The notes under the pieces were generated by a model. It was not told where the DNA came from and made no database searches. It saw nothing but the letters and a program-made list of their open reading frames with translations. The position numbers were made by a program, and so were the translations under genes. A stretch of DNA of 64,000 nt from contig JBAZXP010000001.1 of the NCBI GenBank assembly GCA_041659805.1, forward strand, positions 448,589-512,588, given 5' to 3'. The first letter of the stretch is position 1; each line of letters starts with the position of its first letter. Shown piece by piece: positions 60,492-64,000 of the stretch. The stretch comes from Microgenomates group bacterium (lineage in GTDB: Bacteria > Patescibacteriota > Microgenomatia > Daviesbacterales > UBA10151).

Positions 60492-62443
60492 TTAACTTTC
60501 CATATTTGAATTTCGTCATTCTCAAATTCTTTTGTTAATTTAGTTTTTTGTAAGTCCGCAGCAGGAGGATTTAGTTTAGGAAAGTAGAGATAATTTATTT
60601 TGTTTTCAGCCAGTATTTTGCTGAATTCTAGGGGATCAGAAATTTTAAAAACTTCTTCCTGGACAACTTGTCTTTGCTTAAAATTATATCCCATGATGTC
60701 TATCTGCTCGTTATCGGAAAGAAAAGTATTTCTGTCTGACATTGCACTTATATAACTTGTATCTGACCAAACCCAAATAGGAGGTATGGAGAATTTTGAG
60801 ATAAAATATCTGTTATAAGGAGGTGCGATTATCGTGCTGTTTTTCTCAGAGTTTAATTTTAAATAATTTAAAGCTTGAATTTCGTTCGAGCTTATTTTAG
60901 CAAGTGGTGGCTTTGAATAAAAATCATATAATAAAGCAACTTGAGTCGGCACAGAAATAAATATTATGAAAAATGAAACTAAAAGGTACATAACTTTTGA
61001 GGAAAGCTTTTGCATTAAGGTTGAAACAGCAATTCCGGAAAGAATGGCAAATATCAATATTAAATATTGGAGAAATTGAGCAATGTTTCCGGCTACCCCT
61101 TTTTGTAAAAATATAAGTGGCAATATTAAGGATGAAAAAGAGATAAGTAATAATAATTGGCTGAAATAATTGAATTTAAGTTTATCAAAGAATGCAACGA
61201 TGCCGATAAATTTAGCACCAAGGTTTCCGAATATAAAAATTAGGAATGATGTTATCTCAATTTGGAATACCCGTTTCCAGTTATTCTCCGAAAAGTAAGT
61301 TTGCCTTTTAAGTTCAAGATCAAGCCAGTCTAAACGGCTGTTGGAAACAACCATTGTTCTGATAAGCCACCATGGTTCGTATATTAAGAAGGAGGCGGAT
61401 TGCGAGGTATTCGGAAAATATAAAACAGCGGAGAGTAAACTACTTAAAGATGCGACAGCTAAAATTGAAAATTGCTTTTCTCTTAATAGTTGCCAGAAAC
61501 CTATTATGACTAAACTTCCCAAAACAACCACACCTGCGTAAACTTTAAAGACAATAAGCGTGCCTGCAAGCATGCAACAAAGTAAATATAGAGACAAATT
61601 CTTTTTTGCCAAAAATTGGTAGAATAAATAGAGAAAAGTAATAAGGATAATGAAAGATGCGATTTGGGGAGGGTTGCCGGATGAGCTTTGAATTTGTGAG
61701 GCCCAAAAAATTGATTCTCCATCAATAGTCTTGTTTTTTATCCATGTGGCAATGTACCCAAAACTACCTGAAAAGTAGACAAAGAAAACAGACCATATTC
61801 CTGCGCTAAAATTGTCGCCAATTTTTTTTCCGATAAAAAAGGTCAATGCTCCTAAAAGAATAGAATAAAAAAGAGGGAAAAATTTGAAATAAAGATCGAA
61901 ACCGGAAATTCCTAAATATTTATAAAATACAGCAGGAGCTATATCAGAAAAGAAATGATAATTAATTAATCTTTCGCCGGCTAAAGATGGATTCATAAAA
62001 GGAGGACCTTTGGAAATTGATTCCATTAAGGCGATGTGCCAAGCACCATCGTGTCCGTTTGAGCTCCAAAAAACGATATCGCCGTTTATTGTAGTTCCGC
62101 TCGGGGCAATAACCGCCAATTGTCCGGCAATACCAAGAATAAAAATTAACAAAAGAGTTATTAAATGTTTTTTGTCCGGAATTTTATATTGCTTAAATGA
62201 TAAGTTGGTATTCTTTAAACAAAAAATATCAATAAATATAACAATTAATAAAATTAATAGTTCCAGTTTAACAAGTATTAATATATATGAAAGTAAAGTG
62301 AATGCGACAAATCCCAGTGAGGTTCCCAAAATCAATCTTTCCCAACTGGTAATGGTTATTGATGACTTTTTTAATAAAAAGAGCCCAGGAAGACAAAAAC
62401 AGAAAATTACTGCCAGTATGAAAATAATAAAGCCTAATATCAT
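60488..62443 (-). CDS. Polytopic membrane protein, GT-C-like (paralog of the TM/C-terminal module of 53491..56928)
   Basis: 651 aa with AWHIALMESISKGPPFMNPSLAGERLINYHFFSD and a C-terminal extracytoplasmic domain. Confidence 0.45.
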   Translation of the reverse strand: MILGFIIFILAVIFCFCLPGLFLLKKSSITITSWERLILGTSLGFVAFTLLSYILILVKLELLILLIVIFIDIFCLKNTNLSFKQYKIPDKKHLITLLLIFILGIAGQLAVIAPSGTTINGDIVFWSSNGHDGAWHIALMESISKGPPFMNPSLAGERLINYHFFSDIAPAVFYKYLGISGFDLYFKFFPLFYSILLGALTFFIGKKIGDNFSAGIWSVFFVYFSGSFGYIATWIKNKTIDGESIFWASQIQSSSGNPPQIASFIILITFLYLFYQFLAKKNLSLYLLCCMLAGTLIVFKVYAGVVVLGSLVIIGFWQLLREKQFSILAVASLSSLLSAVLYFPNTSQSASFLIYEPWWLIRTMVVSNSRLDWLDLELKRQTYFSENNWKRVFQIEITSFLIFIFGNLGAKFIGIVAFFDKLKFNYFSQLLLLISFSSLILPLIFLQKGVAGNIAQFLQYLILIFAILSGIAVSTLMQKLSSKVMYLLVSFFIIFISVPTQVALLYDFYSKPPLAKISSNEIQALNYLKLNSEKNSTIIAPPYNRYFISKFSIPPIWVWSDTSYISAMSDRNTFLSDNEQIDIMGYNFKQRQVVQEEVFKISDPLEFSKILAENKINYLYFPKLNPPAADLQKTKLTKEFENDEIQIWKVN

Positions 62444-62487
62444 GTTAAGTAAAATATAATTATCTTTTTCATTATGCTAATTTAGCT

Positions 62488-63672
62488 ATGTGGTATATTG
62501 ATAATATGAATTTGAAAATAAGCCCCCCTTTTTTTAAAAAAGTATTGATTCTTTTCGCAATTTTAAGTTTATTTGTTATATTGCGCGGGCACATTATTTA
62601 TTATCTATACTATTTTAACTTTAATCAAGAACCCCTTTTTTTCTCAGAATATTTTCCAAGACATGTTTTTTTGAGTTGGTTAGCTTTTGGATTAGGTTTT
62701 GTTAATATTTTTTTCCTATATAATATTGGTTTAAGAATATATAATTTTAAATTTGCAGTCTTTCTGGCTTTATTGTATGCAATTTCTCCCTGGTCAGCAT
62801 ATGTAGATATTTTAGGGAGTAGCAATGCTTATTTTTTAAGTTGGTCATTGGCTTTCATTTTATCGGTTATTTTATTTATACATAACCATAAAAATAGTAG
62901 TGTTTATCTGTTTTTTAGTGCAATCGGTTTACTGACTTCCTCTATTTTCGGTTTATTTGTATTTATTAGCCTTTTGATAAGTGTATACATTATTAAATAT
63001 GTGAATTATTCACAATTGATAACCGTTTGCAAAATAACATTATTCCCGGTTCTTGTAGTTTTGTATATGTTATTTTCAAATATAAATGTAACAAAAAATT
63101 TAATCATAGATAATACTATTTTTTTTCAGGATCCGGGAATATTAAATATTGTAAATCAACTTAGAGGAGAAACAGATTCTGCTAATTTTAGTAAATTAGG
63201 AAAAATTATTGAAAATAAATATCTCTATACTGGTGAAAAAATATTGTTAAATTTTTCTATGGATTTTTCCCCTTCTTTATTCTTTAGTTCTCAGTTTAAG
63301 CTATTTAATTTCTCTTTTAGCCCGCCCATTCTTTTGGGATTTATACTTCCCTTTGTTATTGGGATTTTTATGTTAAAGCGGCATATGAAATATTTAGTTG
63401 TATCTATTGGGTTGATCTTGGCATTATCACTGCCTTCTGTTTTGGACAGCAGATCACCGAATTTAGAAAAGTTAATTCTTGTTTCCCCTATCATTTATAT
63501 GTATATAGCACTAGGTTTAATAACGATCACAAAAAATATTAAGATTTTCAGACCTACTAGATTATTATTGATTGTTATCATTATGGTGAGTATCCAGGCT
63601 TTGTTTGTAATAGCAGACATTGATTTACGGGAAAAAGCACGGTTTGACACGATTTATGGTAAGTATCTTTAA
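62488..63672 (+). CDS. Polytopic membrane protein, hypothetical (possibly GT-C-like)
   Basis: 394 aa with about 11 TM helices. Confidence 0.35.
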   Translation: MWYIDNMNLKISPPFFKKVLILFAILSLFVILRGHIIYYLYYFNFNQEPLFFSEYFPRHVFLSWLAFGLGFVNIFFLYNIGLRIYNFKFAVFLALLYAISPWSAYVDILGSSNAYFLSWSLAFILSVILFIHNHKNSSVYLFFSAIGLLTSSIFGLFVFISLLISVYIIKYVNYSQLITVCKITLFPVLVVLYMLFSNINVTKNLIIDNTIFFQDPGILNIVNQLRGETDSANFSKLGKIIENKYLYTGEKILLNFSMDFSPSLFFSSQFKLFNFSFSPPILLGFILPFVIGIFMLKRHMKYLVVSIGLILALSLPSVLDSRSPNLEKLILVSPIIYMYIALGLITITKNIKIFRPTRLLLIVIIMVSIQALFVIADIDLREKARFDTIYGKYL

Positions 63673-63676
63673 AATT

Positions 63677-64000
63677 ATGAGAAAAAGTTTCATCATTTTA
63701 ATAATTATCACTTTACTTGGGGGTTATCTCCGTATTATTGATATAGGGAATATCCCTGCAGGCTTAAATGTTGATGAGGTAGCAATCGGTTATGATGCTT
63801 ATTCCATATTAAAAACAGGTAAAGATATGAGCGGATCATTTATGCCCATATCTTTTCAATCACTGGGGGATTATAAGGCTCCTTTATATACTTATTTAAC
63901 ATCAATTGTCGTTGCTGTATTTGGACTTAATGAGTTTAGCGTAAGGTTTATATCTGCATTTTTTGGGACATTGGCAATTCCGCTTATCTTTTTTTTGACA
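63677..64000 (+). CDS. ArnT/PMT-like GT-C glycosyltransferase, 5' partial (runs off the window)
   Basis: The N-terminus LNVDEVAIGYDAYSILKTGKDMSGSFMPISF aligns with the first loop of 56943..58595. Confidence 0.5.
   Translation, partial: MRKSFIILIIITLLGGYLRIIDIGNIPAGLNVDEVAIGYDAYSILKTGKDMSGSFMPISFQSLGDYKAPLYTYLTSIVVAVFGLNEFSVRFISAFFGTLAIPLIFFLT

Noticed and set aside
1-64000. CRISPR arrays, transposases, integrases, phage structural genes, toxin-antitoxin pairs
   Set aside because: I scanned the intergenic regions and short ORFs. I found no regularly spaced direct repeats and no DDE, tyrosine-recombinase or nuclease signatures. The only repeat structures are the PT-linker coding repeat and the short duplication at the tRNA.

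Overview
This is an AT-rich, gene-dense window on the standard genetic code: TGA is used as a stop and an intact RF2 gene is present. Its overall character resembles a CPR/Patescibacteria-like genome (inference from base composition and from a truncated TsaB, small ORFs and gene content; not verifiable here). Two kinds of content are present. The first is housekeeping: a P-type ATPase, tRNA-Glu(CUC), greA, lysS, an HD-domain protein, serS, secA, tsaE, a short tsaB, and prfB followed by ftsE and ftsX with two coiled-coil cell-wall hydrolases. The second is an unusually dense glycosylation complement. I count about 19 large polytopic membrane proteins that look like GT-C-fold glycosyltransferases, falling into at least five paralogous families (YfhO-like, ArnT/PMT-like, and three unassigned). 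They sit alongside three Dpm1/ArnC-like GT2 polyprenol-phosphate-sugar synthases (one fused to GtrA) and a Wzx-type flippase. Sugar-nucleotide enzymes are also present: Ugd, a GalE-like epimerase, an RmlC-like epimerase, an RmlD-like reductase and Gmd. The most striking structure is a translationally coupled, co-directional array of about 21 kb (39614..60491) that strings these together; a second cluster lies at 9490..18068. Other notable genes are a lamin-tail-domain surface protein with a Pro/Thr linker, two Pro/Ala/Thr-rich disordered proteins, a 958-aa secreted GxSxG hydrolase and a CAP-domain protein. No CRISPR array, transposase, integrase or phage genes were seen.
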